A stretch of DNA of 64,000 nt from Verrucomicrobiota bacterium. Lineage in GTDB: Bacteria > Verrucomicrobiota > Verrucomicrobiia > Limisphaerales > UBA9464. Positions 27,251 through 36,943 of the stretch are shown here, one piece after another. Every line of letters begins with the position of its first letter. Position 1 is the first letter of the stretch. Where the stretch lies: contig JAXMHR010000012.1 of NCBI GenBank assembly GCA_046346705.1, forward strand, positions 109,131-173,130, read 5' to 3'. The translations under genes and the position numbers were made by a program. Under the pieces are notes generated by a model. It was not told the origin of the DNA and made no database searches. It saw only the letters and a list, made by a program, of their open reading frames with translations.

Positions 27251-29551
27251 AGGCGTAGGCCACGCCGATCCGAGCTCATACACATCGAGGGAACGGAATT
27301 CCGAGGTTCCGCCACGACTTTCGACCGACAGGGAACGATTTGCTGAGGCGGGTTGGAAGGGGACCGGAACGTAGGTGAGTCCATCGCTCGCGAAGATTTC
27401 GAGTCCGGTCCGATCACAATACACGGTCAGGCGCTGGCGACCGTTCCTGAGCGGCGCGGGTACCCTGAGTCCCTGTACCTCGAGTTCCTGAGTCCTGGCG
27501 TTGTACGTGATCTGGACGCCGCGAATGGAGAACCTTGTTTCGGCGCTCGCGCCGGGCTCTAAGTCCGCCCGAAGTTCCACCAATTCCCCGGAAACGCCAG
27601 CGAGGGGATTCGCGGTGCCGGGGTCCAGACGGATCGGGCCAAAAGATCTGGAGGTTCTGCGGAGCGACTCGAGTTCCCGCACCGGTGTCCAGGTGAGCCG
27701 CGGTCCCTCCGGGGTGGCAGTCAGACGTAGTTCAAGGGGGATGGTCATGGACTGGTTGAACGGCATGCCCTTGGTCTCGGTTTGAAACCATCCGATCTGG
27801 ATGCGCCGGCCGTCCGATGGAGGAAGATCGCTGAACGTTTGTGCGGCGTAGAATCCGCGACCGCGGTGGCCGGGAAGTTTGGGCGTTTCCGGATTGAATC
27901 GAATCCCATCAAACGTCCCGACCTGATACTCGCTGCTGGCGGCGGTCAGGACCCATTTTTTTGTTCCCGCGGAACCGTTCACGGGCAGTTCAAAGAAGTC
28001 CGGGCATTCATAGTATCCGTCGCTGCGGCTGAGAAAGGTCCAGTCCTTTAGGTTTGGGGATCCGAAGAAATGGATGGTGTGGACCTTGTTGGTTTCGACA
28101 TAGAGCGGCATGACCCATCGTTTTGACGGGACGTGCCAGAACACTTTGGGGTCCCGGTTGCCGCCTGTGACCTGGCGCAGGACGGGGTTTCCAGGATACT
28201 TGGTGAACCGGCGGCCATCGGTGCTGGACGCGATGCACTGAACCGTCGGATCTCCCGCCGCGGTATAGATGAGCACCAGGGGCGGATGATCCGCGGAACC
28301 CAGTCCGCTGGTATTCTGTGAATCCACAACGGCGCTGCCGCTGAACATGGGGCCCAGGGAATCGGGGGCGAGAACGTCCCCCAACTCCTCCCAGTGGACG
28401 AGGTCGCGACTGACGGCGTGGCCCCAGTGCATGTTTCCCCAGCCCCATCCATAGGGATTGTGTTGGAAGAAGAGGTGGTATTCGCCGTTGAAATAGACCA
28501 GCCCATTCGGGTCATTGTTCCAGCCCCTGCGCGGCGAGAAATGGAACTGGCCGCGCAGTGGTTCGCGGTAGAGTCCCCCGGCATCCGGATAGGCTTCGCT
28601 CGATTGGACACTGCTCAGTGCAACGGAGCCAGGCGGCAGCCGATCCACCTGCAGCGTGACGGTCTGATTCCTGAACGTGCCGACGTCCATCGGAGCCCAC
28701 CAGTCCGGGGTCCCGTCCGCCAACTCGATGTCGTTCCTTACGACCTGCGCACCGTTCGCGAGCAGGGTGACGACACGCTTCGGCGCTCCATTTCGGATGG
28801 GGAGGAGAAGGTAGCGATCCTTGACTGGAAACTCCCGAGAGGCATTGAGGGTGGGACCCGCGGGCTTTCGATCCGTCTGGAGGATCTGGTCCACGTTGAT
28901 ATGTCCCCAGCCTCCGGTCGCTTGATCCACAATCTGGAGTCGCGCCGTCTTTCCCTGGAGGCTGGAGACGTCCCAGAAGTCAGGGCTGAGGGTTTCGGTT
29001 CCGCCCGGCTGGGTATTGGATCCCGAGGCTTCCCTTACCATCAAGTCGTCCACCAGCAGACGGAGGGCGGTCTTGCCAGGAATTCGACCTCCACCGATCA
29101 GGAACGCGATATAGGGGCGCTCGATCCGGAACTCAGGCGAGGTTAATGTACCCGTGGATCCATCCCCATTCAGGAAGGAGTTGACGAGTCCGTTCCCCTG
29201 GAATCCGTCCACGGCCATTTGCCCGGGCAGCGCGCCGTGGGCAGGACCTTTGCCAAAGGCTTCGCCGGTGGCGGTCCAACCTCCGTAGTCGGAACCTTCA
29301 AAATCGGCAATGACCAGATCTTCGGCCGCCTGGAGATAAAAAGCCGAGGTCGCGAAGGCAATTGTCAGAAGAAGTGCGGCGAGCCGGCAACGCCGTTGGC
29401 GACGGCCTTGGGCCCGATGCTGAAATGGATTGGGAGTGGTCACTGGAGGTAAGGAGTCAGGAAGGCGACGGGGAGAGTTGTTCGAAGCCAAGGGCGTGTC
29501 GGGCAAAAAGGCGGAGAACTGATCCGGAACGGGTGGGTTCCCCGCGCGCAC
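27248..29551 (-). CDS. Glycoside hydrolase family 32 (fructan beta-fructosidase/levanase-like) with a ~300-aa N-terminal accessory domain
   Basis: GH32 catalytic motifs are present: WNNDPNG (WMNDPNG type), FSGSAVVD, RDPKVFWH, YECPDFFEL. The signal-like segment is RRCRLAALLLTIAFATSAFYLQA. The true start may be GTG 29443 rather than ATG 29551. Confidence 0.9.
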   Translation of the reverse strand: MRAGNPPVPDQFSAFLPDTPLASNNSPRRLPDSLPPVTTPNPFQHRAQGRRQRRCRLAALLLTIAFATSAFYLQAAEDLVIADFEGSDYGGWTATGEAFGKGPAHGALPGQMAVDGFQGNGLVNSFLNGDGSTGTLTSPEFRIERPYIAFLIGGGRIPGKTALRLLVDDLMVREASGSNTQPGGTETLSPDFWDVSSLQGKTARLQIVDQATGGWGHINVDQILQTDRKPAGPTLNASREFPVKDRYLLLPIRNGAPKRVVTLLANGAQVVRNDIELADGTPDWWAPMDVGTFRNQTVTLQVDRLPPGSVALSSVQSSEAYPDAGGLYREPLRGQFHFSPRRGWNNDPNGLVYFNGEYHLFFQHNPYGWGWGNMHWGHAVSRDLVHWEELGDVLAPDSLGPMFSGSAVVDSQNTSGLGSADHPPLVLIYTAAGDPTVQCIASSTDGRRFTKYPGNPVLRQVTGGNRDPKVFWHVPSKRWVMPLYVETNKVHTIHFFGSPNLKDWTFLSRSDGYYECPDFFELPVNGSAGTKKWVLTAASSEYQVGTFDGIRFNPETPKLPGHRGRGFYAAQTFSDLPPSDGRRIQIGWFQTETKGMPFNQSMTIPLELRLTATPEGPRLTWTPVRELESLRRTSRSFGPIRLDPGTANPLAGVSGELVELRADLEPGASAETRFSIRGVQITYNARTQELEVQGLRVPAPLRNGRQRLTVYCDRTGLEIFASDGLTYVPVPFQPASANRSLSVESRGGTSEFRSLDVYELGSAWPTP

Positions 29552-29563
29552 GGGTTTCGACGT

Positions 29564-30604
29564 TCAGGGTGACGTCAGCCAGCACAACATCGTCCGGGTC
29601 ACCCGGTCGGGGGCATCCAGATGGACCCAGTGGGACGCGTTTGGAATCGTTACCAAAGTGAGGTCCTGATCCACCCAGTTCCAGGTGTCATTGAGGGCAT
29701 CCGCGAGAAGCGCGGTGTCTTTGAGGCCATGGAAAAGGAGCACCGGGCACCGGACTTTGGGGAAGGGTTGCGTTGGGAGTGTGTAAGGCTCCCTGGGATA
29801 GTTCGCCTTGTAAAAATTAAGCATTCCCTCGAAGGAGGACCGTTGAAAGGCGGCCACGTAATTGGAGCGCGATCCCGTGTCCGGCAGCCAGGACGCCATT
29901 TGTTCGGCCTTCAGGGTGGCCGCGGCTCCGGGTTCCTGGAAGTGGCGCGCATAGGCGCTGTTGCTTTGTTGGCGGGGGTTGGTCGCCAGTTCCCTGAGGA
30001 AACCCGCGGGGTGGGGCAGGTTTAGGACCACCAGCCGTTCCGTCTTTTCCGGGTGCCGCATGGCAAATTGCCAGGCCACCGCGCCGCCCCAGTCGTGTCC
30101 AATCACAATGGCCTTCTCACGACCGAAGTGCCGGATCACTGCGCCGACGTCTTCGACCAACAGATCCATGGAGTATTGGGAGACACCCGTCGGCTGGCTG
30201 CTGAGGTTGAACCCCCGTTGATCCATGGCCACGACCTGAAATTGGCGCGCGAGCGCCGGCATCTGATAACGCCAGGAGTACCAGTAGTCCGGGAACCCAT
30301 GGATCATCACCACGAGGGGACCGGAGCCCTTCGTGACGTAGTGGATCCTGACGTCACCGGAGTTTGCAAATCCGTGGGTTCCAAGTTCGGACTCTGCGGG
30401 AGCCGCATCAGGGACTTGTGCCTGGATTCCGAGCAAAACCGCGGATGCAAGTCCCAAACCGATGAGCGCCCGACGCAAAGGACCCGGATGGGCGGAAGCA
30501 GGAGTTCCCGTGCAGGAAGAGCATTGACGGAGGGAGGGCATGGCGACGTAGGGATATTTCGGGACCGGCCGTTGATCCTCCACGAAATGCCTCCGAAGGA
30601 CCAT
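29564..30604 (-). CDS. Alpha/beta hydrolase, epoxide-hydrolase-like subfamily
   Basis: Motifs: [16 protein letters not shown] (HGxP oxyanion motif plus WYSWR), [12 protein letters not shown] (nucleophile elbow with Asp), LVVLNLPHP, and C-terminal ..[11 protein letters not shown] (His). The start is ATG 30604 or ATG 30541 (MPSLRQ.., followed by [16 protein letters not shown]). Confidence 0.85.
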   Translation of the reverse strand: MVLRRHFVEDQRPVPKYPYVAMPSLRQCSSCTGTPASAHPGPLRRALIGLGLASAVLLGIQAQVPDAAPAESELGTHGFANSGDVRIHYVTKGSGPLVVMIHGFPDYWYSWRYQMPALARQFQVVAMDQRGFNLSSQPTGVSQYSMDLLVEDVGAVIRHFGREKAIVIGHDWGGAVAWQFAMRHPEKTERLVVLNLPHPAGFLRELATNPRQQSNSAYARHFQEPGAAATLKAEQMASWLPDTGSRSNYVAAFQRSSFEGMLNFYKANYPREPYTLPTQPFPKVRCPVLLFHGLKDTALLADALNDTWNWVDQDLTLVTIPNASHWVHLDAPDRVTRTMLCWLTSP

Positions 30605-30640
30605 TCCGCTTTTGAGTTTCAGCCAGGGCGCTTCCCCGGA

Positions 30641-32833
30641 TCAATAAAGGCCCGCGTCCTTTAATTGCCGAATAACGACTCCGGTCCGAGCTGGAAAGTA
30701 TTGTTCGAGGAGTCGCTTGACCTCGGGCTGCCAGTGGTCGTCCACGGTGTACAATTCGTAAGGTCCCTCCCGGTACGGATGGACGTCCCGGCGGTAATCC
30801 CCCCAGCGAGCGGACTCAGCCACCATGGCTGGTTTGAGCATCCCGGCGAGTCGGGCATACCGTTGGCCCGTCGACTCCGGGGAGAGTGCGCCGCCGCTGG
30901 AAAGCTGCCGACGAGCGATTTCGCTGAACGCGGCCCGAAATCGTGGGTTCCTTCGAAGCGCCTGGAACAATCGGGTGGGGGACTGGTCGTCATCGGCGGC
31001 GAGGATGTTAGCATCCACCGCCTCCAGGCTGCGTTCGGAGTCCCACAGGTAAAATTCGTACTTCCCCTGCGGACGAATGCGCCGGCCGGCGTACCAATTG
31101 GAGGCAGCGTCCCAGTCCGAGGTTCCGCCGTAAATCTGGACCAGCATGTAACGGCAAAACCCGTCGATGTCGACCAGTCGGGAAATTTCGTCGTAACGCT
31201 GAGGGTCCTCCAGTCCGGAGTTGGCGAGTTCGAAAATCCGGTTCCAAGTTTTTTCAGTCCCGGAGAGAACCTTGCCTGCATTGCGGCTTTCGTAGTCCTC
31301 GGGCGATCCACCGAGGTGTTGGGCGAGAAAATCAGCGTCCGGGCGTTCGCAGAGATTGTAAATTCCCCAGTAGAGTCCATCGAGATAGAGATGCGCGAAG
31401 CGGCCCCGGGCGGTGAGGTGCCCCAGTTCCCGCAGGGATTCGCGCATAAACTCGTCCCGCAGCAATTCCCCCCGGCGACGCTCCTCGGAACTCCAATGGA
31501 GCCAGCTGTTGTTGCAGCCGGCACGCAGCACGAGGGATTTCAAGCGCGGAGGACCGGTCGGGCCAAACAGGGATTGATTGAGGTAGGCCGCGCCATACCG
31601 CTCGCGAAATTCCAGGCGGAAGGAATGCTTGGGGCTCTCCTCAGGGCGGCGGCTCCAGCCGCCTTGGATCCGGACTCCACACCGGGCGTGGAATTCATCG
31701 GTGCCGTCCGCAGGGATCCATTCAACGGAGGCGGAGCGTTCCCAGGCGGATCCGGTCTCCAGGGGATTTGAATAGATTCCCGTCTCTGGAGCAAAGAGAT
31801 CCTTCCGGTCGAGGACGAGGGACAGCGTTGGCAGCCTTTCCAGGCTCTCGTCGAGTCGACGTCGGTAACGGATGTCGCCGGCAATTTCCGGATCCATTTC
31901 GTAGTCGGCGACGACAGGCACGTCGTTCCGGCTGCCCCAAAACTTGGGGAAACCCTCGCCGGTCTGGTTCGGCACCTGAGCCAGAAACAGGTAGGTCTGG
32001 GTGTCTATGTCGGAGGGCTTGTAGTTCTCCCGGAAGGCTGCGGCGCGAAGGATGGTGGTGGTCCGGATCGGGATGGGCGCCGTGTAGCGGCTTCCGTGGT
32101 TGGGAAGGGGCCGGGAACCGTCCGTGGTGTAATAGATCTCCGCTTCCGGTGTGGCGGTGGAAATGGCCACCTCAAAGGGATGCGAATAGAAACCCCGGGT
32201 GTGACTGAATCGAGTGTCCGCGACCCGCCCAATCATCTCCTGGGCATTGGTGCGACCGGGAGTCGAGGCGATGAAGAAGGCATGACGACGCAGGCCGCGG
32301 GTCATCGCAGCGGCTCCACCCGCTCCAAATTGCGCGCTGCGAAGCCCGAAGGACACGTCGGCGTCCATGGCGGGATACTTGGGGAGATATTCGTGCGCCA
32401 CCGTCAATCCGTCGGGTTCAATCAGGGCGAGGTATTCTCCCTTGGGACTCAACCGGAAATTGGTGTGCAGATCGGTGGTGCGGTTGGTGCGGTTTTTTCC
32501 CGAAGCAAACACGATCGCGAAACCGCCGGGTTCCAGTTCCATGGGCGGAAACGTCCACTTCCGCGGAGCGCGAAAATCATCCGTCAAATGCCAGCCACCG
32601 AGCTTCTGGGGGTGGTCTCCCGGGTTGTGGATTTCAATCCATCCCGAAAACTCGCCATCGGAATCGGGAAGGGTCGAGTGATTCACGGCCATGATCTCCG
32701 AAATGAGCAGGGCCGGTTCGCGGATGGAGCGGTAAAGATCGCGGTTAAACAGCACCAGCAGCAGGCTCAGGGCCCCGGCTAGAATCAGGCCGAATCCGGC
32801 CGGCGTGAGTGTGCGGGAAGGGGATGGCTTCAT
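30641..32833 (-). CDS. Secreted CotH-family atypical kinase-fold protein with an N-terminal lamin-tail domain (LTD) and a chitobiase/beta-hexosaminidase-C-like Ig module
   Basis: Signal anchor: FGLILAGALSLLLVLF. LTD motifs: LLISEIMAVNHSTLPDSDGEFSGWIEIHN..GGWHLTDD..GGFAIVFASGK..FRLSPKGEYLALIEPDG. Ig module: IYYTTDGSRP..YTAPIPI..TTILRAAAF. CotH core: CGVRIQGGWSRR..PKHSFRLEFR, LVLRAGCNNSW, RGRFAHLYLDGLYWGIYNLCERPD. Confidence 0.85.
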   Translation of the reverse strand: MKPSPSRTLTPAGFGLILAGALSLLLVLFNRDLYRSIREPALLISEIMAVNHSTLPDSDGEFSGWIEIHNPGDHPQKLGGWHLTDDFRAPRKWTFPPMELEPGGFAIVFASGKNRTNRTTDLHTNFRLSPKGEYLALIEPDGLTVAHEYLPKYPAMDADVSFGLRSAQFGAGGAAAMTRGLRRHAFFIASTPGRTNAQEMIGRVADTRFSHTRGFYSHPFEVAISTATPEAEIYYTTDGSRPLPNHGSRYTAPIPIRTTTILRAAAFRENYKPSDIDTQTYLFLAQVPNQTGEGFPKFWGSRNDVPVVADYEMDPEIAGDIRYRRRLDESLERLPTLSLVLDRKDLFAPETGIYSNPLETGSAWERSASVEWIPADGTDEFHARCGVRIQGGWSRRPEESPKHSFRLEFRERYGAAYLNQSLFGPTGPPRLKSLVLRAGCNNSWLHWSSEERRRGELLRDEFMRESLRELGHLTARGRFAHLYLDGLYWGIYNLCERPDADFLAQHLGGSPEDYESRNAGKVLSGTEKTWNRIFELANSGLEDPQRYDEISRLVDIDGFCRYMLVQIYGGTSDWDAASNWYAGRRIRPQGKYEFYLWDSERSLEAVDANILAADDDQSPTRLFQALRRNPRFRAAFSEIARRQLSSGGALSPESTGQRYARLAGMLKPAMVAESARWGDYRRDVHPYREGPYELYTVDDHWQPEVKRLLEQYFPARTGVVIRQLKDAGLY

Positions 32834-32848
32834 GCGGCGCCGGCGATG

Positions 32849-33538
32849 CTACCCCTCGACTCCGTCCATGCCGGTCACGTACTTGGACATCCGGGTGACG
32901 CGGAACGGAAAATAGTTGGTGATGCGATCATCGATGTCCGCGATGTCTCCCGAGTACTTCAGTTCCATCACCGTGCTGTCGGAAAGTTCCATCCGGCTGA
33001 GGAACTGGTTGTCATGGCGATGGACCCGGTAGAACTCCAGATGATCATCGATTGTGATTCGGTAATGGCCGTCCGCCGACAGGAAATATTTCCGGTGATA
33101 GCGGTTGATCAGGGCGGGTTCGAGTCCGTCGAGATGATATCGAACCGCGTCGGGAAGTTTGGATGCCTCTAGGGCCTTGCGAAGGATGTTCACTCCGAAG
33201 CCCCGGCCGATGGAAATGGGGCTGAGGGGATGGGACGCCTTGGTTCCCACCATGCCGCGCTTGATCTTGAATTCCAGCACCGGTCGTGCGGCGGTGCCGA
33301 GCAGGGGTCCGTACCACCGGATCCGCATTTTCGTCCGGTCGGCCATGCCGTCCACGTTCTCGAAGTAGGAGCCGAGTCCCGGGTCGTCGAGGTAGATGTT
33401 GTTGATGGAACGCGGGGCGTAGACCTCGTAAAACAGGGCGGGACATCGCCGCACCCAGTGTTCCACCTCCCAGGTTGGGACCTCGCGGATATGGTACTTC
33501 CGCTCAAACCGGTATTCGCTGTCCCCGCCTTCGCTCAT
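32849..33538 (-). CDS. VTC domain (polyphosphate-polymerase-type CYTH-like tunnel domain) protein
   Basis: Motifs: YRFERKYHI, INNIYLDD, KMRIRWYG, VLEFKIKRG, NRYHRKYF, YRITIDDHLEFYRV, VMELKY..MSKYV. The start is ATG 33538 (MSEGGDSEYRF), 16 nt after the stop of the DUF4956 gene. Confidence 0.8.
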   Translation of the reverse strand: MSEGGDSEYRFERKYHIREVPTWEVEHWVRRCPALFYEVYAPRSINNIYLDDPGLGSYFENVDGMADRTKMRIRWYGPLLGTAARPVLEFKIKRGMVGTKASHPLSPISIGRGFGVNILRKALEASKLPDAVRYHLDGLEPALINRYHRKYFLSADGHYRITIDDHLEFYRVHRHDNQFLSRMELSDSTVMELKYSGDIADIDDRITNYFPFRVTRMSKYVTGMDGVEG

Positions 33539-33554
33539 GCCGGACTCCGGGATC

Positions 33555-34241
33555 TCAGTTCCCGATCCCGCGTTCGTCAACAAACCGGACCCGGGTGTCT
33601 CCCAGACTCGTGCGGAAATCCTGGAGGCACGATTCGACCCGGGTGACATCCGCGAATGCGACCTGGAACGAGGCCTCCAGATGATCGTCCGTCTCATCAA
33701 ACCGGCGCAGTTTCACCTCGCGGGCATGCTTCTGAAGCCCGGCCAACAATTCCGGGAGTCCCGTGCCGGCCTTGCGGGGACTGGATAACGTGACGTAGAG
33801 ATTGGGGCCGGGTTCCCGCTGCTGGACAACGTGGCTGAGCGCGATAATGGCGATCAAGACCGCGAAGGCGATCAGGGTGATCACCGTCTGCTGCGCTCCG
33901 AGACCCAGGCCGATGGCGATGCAGATGAAAAGATAGCTCAGTTCCTCAGGCTCCTTGATCGCCGCGCGAAACCGGATGATCGACAGGGCTCCAACCAGTC
34001 CCAGGGACAGGGCCAGGGAGGATTTCACGATGGTGATGATCAGCATCGTGGTCATGGTCAGGACGACAAAGTTTCGACCAAAGATGTCCCGGTTGGAGAG
34101 CGCGCGTCCAAACCGCGCATAGGCGCGGCCGAGCAAGTGGGCCAGCAGCGCCGCGAGGAGGAAATTGATGAGGAACAGTCCGTAGTGGATCTCGGCGCTT
34201 TGTGCGGAGAAAAACTGGAGCAGGGATTCGTTCTTGTTCAT
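33555..34241 (-). CDS. DUF4956 domain-containing multi-pass membrane protein
   Basis: Starts MNKNESLLQFFS. Hydrophobic helices (LFLINFLLAALLAHLL, VVLTMTTMLIITIV, LSYLFICIAIGLGLG, ITLIAFAVLIAIIAL) surround the conserved GALSIIRFRAAIKEPEE motif. The tail is soluble. Confidence 0.8.
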   Translation of the reverse strand: MNKNESLLQFFSAQSAEIHYGLFLINFLLAALLAHLLGRAYARFGRALSNRDIFGRNFVVLTMTTMLIITIVKSSLALSLGLVGALSIIRFRAAIKEPEELSYLFICIAIGLGLGAQQTVITLIAFAVLIAIIALSHVVQQREPGPNLYVTLSSPRKAGTGLPELLAGLQKHAREVKLRRFDETDDHLEASFQVAFADVTRVESCLQDFRTSLGDTRVRFVDERGIGN

Positions 34242-34357
34242 GCGGGGAACAGTGCGCCGGGGAACGCTCGGGCGCCGCGGACGTCCTGAAAGGATACTGG
34301 AAGTGACGAAAAGGTTACAGGGAACTTTGGGAAGCGGATTGGCGCGACGGGAAGGCC

Positions 34358-36943
34358 TCAATTCCCGGGCGGGAGCGCCGAGGCTGGGGTTCCGGGCGGC
34401 CCCGTTTGCGAGAGGGCGCTCCAGTCGCCGTCCTTCAGGGCCCGGGCCGTGACTTTGCCTCCCGGTGGAACGAACACCGGATCGCCGGACTTCCGGGCCA
34501 TTGGGGAGGGAGTTCCGCCGACCCGCCGCGGATCGGTTCCATCCGTGGTGTAATAGATGTCTCCCGCCGGCGCGGAGATTCGGATCCGAACGGGTTGGGA
34601 ACCGTCTCCCGATACGGGGCTGAATTCCGGGGCGGCGATGTCGGGAAGAAGTCCCTGCGAATAAAGCTGGGCGAGGACAATGTCACCCCGGTGCGGGATA
34701 TAGTCGTCCAGGATCCGTGTGATTTCCGGACGCCAATCCTCCTCTCGATTCAAGGGGCTGGTTTTGGGTTTTCCGTCGGGTCCCAATCGCGGGGGAGCCC
34801 CCATGGGGATGGTTTGCTTTACGTCGCCCCAGCGGGCGGACTCGGCGAGTACCGCTGATTCGATCTGGCGGGCCCGGCGTTGAAACCGCTCGCGGAGAGA
34901 CTGGGCATTCAAGGCGCCTCCCGAGGAGAAGTGGCGCTGGACCCGGTCGGCCACGCGGAGCCGGAACTCGGGATTCTCGACGCACTGTTGCCAAAGCCAC
35001 TGGGGACTGCTGGTCTCGAGCCGGTCTCCAGTCTTGAAGGGGCCTGTGCGGTCCTCCTCCACCTTGAGCATGGTGTGTTCCGCATCCCAGACGAAGAACT
35101 GGAAGCCCCGGTCACCCTTCCGCTTTCGGAGCGCGTGGAAGTTGTTCGGGTTCCGGTTGTCCCCAAACGCGGATATCGGGGCGTCCAGATTGCCGCCCCA
35201 GAAAATGACCAGCATGTAGTCGATAAGATTGTCCACGTCGAGCAGGGCTTCCTGACCGGGGTTGACGGAGCCGTCCGGATTTCGCCCCTGGAGCGCGAAG
35301 TAGTTCGTGACATTTCCAAGGCGGTTGGAGGCTCCCAAATACAGCCGGGTCCATGCCTCCAGGTTTCCGTCGGTGGCCATGACCGTGTAGGTGCTTTCCC
35401 GGGTGGTGAATCCGGAGTCCACCTTGACGGCGTCGAAATCCGATTTCCGGCCGCCGAGGTAGGTGGCGCCGAAGGAGGCTTCCGGACGCTCACAGGTATC
35501 GTAAAGGCCCCAGTATTGACCATTGATGTAGAGGTGGCAGAAGTCGCCGCGGGCCGCCGGCTGTCCCATGGCCCGTTGCAGGTCGCGGTTGAACTGGTCC
35601 CGGAGAAAGGTCGCCCGCGGATCCCCGCAGAGGCTCCACGAATAGTTATGCGAAGTGCGAAGATCGAGGGCCTCAAACGACTGCGCGCCCTCTTTACCGA
35701 ACAACGGATACTTCAGAGGGCCGTCCCCATACTCCTCCCGGAAGAAAAGGCGGAATGCGTGTTTCGGATTCACCGGCATTCGGCTGAAGCCTCCGCGGAT
35801 CCGGACGCCACAATGTATCTGGAAGCCCGGCGCACCGTGGGGATCCAGGAACTCAATCGAACAGGGACGCTCGGACTCGCGTCCCTGCTCGCCCGCATGG
35901 GAATAGACCCCGCGGACGGGGCCAAACAAGTCATCCATGTCGGCGACGAGGGACACGCTGGGGATGGCCTTCAATCCGGCGATCAGCTCCTCCCGGAATT
36001 TCGGGTCCCTGGTGATGCGCGGATCCATTCCGTAATCGACCTGGTTTTTATCCCAAAGATAGGGAAACCCAATGGGAGGGAGGCCGTCGGAAGACTGTTG
36101 GATCACGTCGTGAACAAAGAGAAAGGTGTGCGTCTTGACCTTGGATGGGCGGTATCCGGGTTTGAACGCCGCCACCCGGAGGACGGTGGTCCCGTCGATA
36201 GGGATGGGTGCCGCGTACGTCATCCCGCGTTCAGGCGTGGGAAGGGAACCATTGGTGGTATAGCGGATCGTCGCACCGTCGGTGCGCGTTGTCAGGACGA
36301 GACTAAACGGCTCCTCATAGAACCCCCGCTTGCTCCCGAGTTTGACTTCCGCCACCTCACCCAGAAGTCCACCGGAATTGGGGGCACCCGGCGTGGGGCG
36401 GTCGAGGATCCGGGCGTAATCCGCCGGATTCAGTCCCGGATGCCATTCTGACGAGACGCCAAAACTGACGTCCCGGTCGAGACTGGGGTACTTCGGGTCG
36501 TAGTCGTGGACCACCGTTTTCCCGTTCCGGGCCAGAAGGGCGAGGTATTCGCCCTTCGATTCGAGCTTGAAGGCCGCGTGGAGCGGTTTGTCGCCATCGC
36601 CGCGGTCCTTTCCGGAAGCGAAGACGACGCGGAATCCTCCCGGCGAAATCGTGCCCGAGGGGAGGATCCAGCGGGACGGCTTCTTCCTTCCCACGGAGAG
36701 GATCAGACCCCTCAGTTCGACCGGTGTGTCGCCATAGTTGTACAGTTCGATCCAGTCTGGAGTGTCGCCGTCCTCGTCCTTGAGTGTGGAGCCATTGGAC
36801 GGCATGACCTCGCTGATCAGCAGTTTCGGGGGTGTCGTGTCCTGTCCGTGACCCGGCGAAAGCAGTCCCATGGCGAGGTGGATTGCCAGGACGAGTGCCC
36901 AGACCGGCCGCAAGCGGGATAGGAGTGGAGACGGGGGAGTCAT
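34358..36943 (-). CDS. Second secreted LTD-CotH family protein (paralog of 30641..32833) with an extra C-terminal Ig-like module
   Basis: Signal peptide: MTPPSPLLSRLRPVWALVLAIHLAMGLL. LTD motifs: LLISEVMPSNGSTLKDEDGDTPDWIELYN..GGFRVVFASGK..FKLESKGEYLALLARNG. CotH core: CGVRIRGGFSR..PKHAFRLFFR, RGDFCHLYINGQYWGLYDTCERPE. C-terminal module: IYYTTDGTDP. The ATG at 36943 overlaps the upstream stop (ATGA). Confidence 0.85.
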   Translation of the reverse strand: MTPPSPLLSRLRPVWALVLAIHLAMGLLSPGHGQDTTPPKLLISEVMPSNGSTLKDEDGDTPDWIELYNYGDTPVELRGLILSVGRKKPSRWILPSGTISPGGFRVVFASGKDRGDGDKPLHAAFKLESKGEYLALLARNGKTVVHDYDPKYPSLDRDVSFGVSSEWHPGLNPADYARILDRPTPGAPNSGGLLGEVAEVKLGSKRGFYEEPFSLVLTTRTDGATIRYTTNGSLPTPERGMTYAAPIPIDGTTVLRVAAFKPGYRPSKVKTHTFLFVHDVIQQSSDGLPPIGFPYLWDKNQVDYGMDPRITRDPKFREELIAGLKAIPSVSLVADMDDLFGPVRGVYSHAGEQGRESERPCSIEFLDPHGAPGFQIHCGVRIRGGFSRMPVNPKHAFRLFFREEYGDGPLKYPLFGKEGAQSFEALDLRTSHNYSWSLCGDPRATFLRDQFNRDLQRAMGQPAARGDFCHLYINGQYWGLYDTCERPEASFGATYLGGRKSDFDAVKVDSGFTTRESTYTVMATDGNLEAWTRLYLGASNRLGNVTNYFALQGRNPDGSVNPGQEALLDVDNLIDYMLVIFWGGNLDAPISAFGDNRNPNNFHALRKRKGDRGFQFFVWDAEHTMLKVEEDRTGPFKTGDRLETSSPQWLWQQCVENPEFRLRVADRVQRHFSSGGALNAQSLRERFQRRARQIESAVLAESARWGDVKQTIPMGAPPRLGPDGKPKTSPLNREEDWRPEITRILDDYIPHRGDIVLAQLYSQGLLPDIAAPEFSPVSGDGSQPVRIRISAPAGDIYYTTDGTDPRRVGGTPSPMARKSGDPVFVPPGGKVTARALKDGDWSALSQTGPPGTPASALPPGN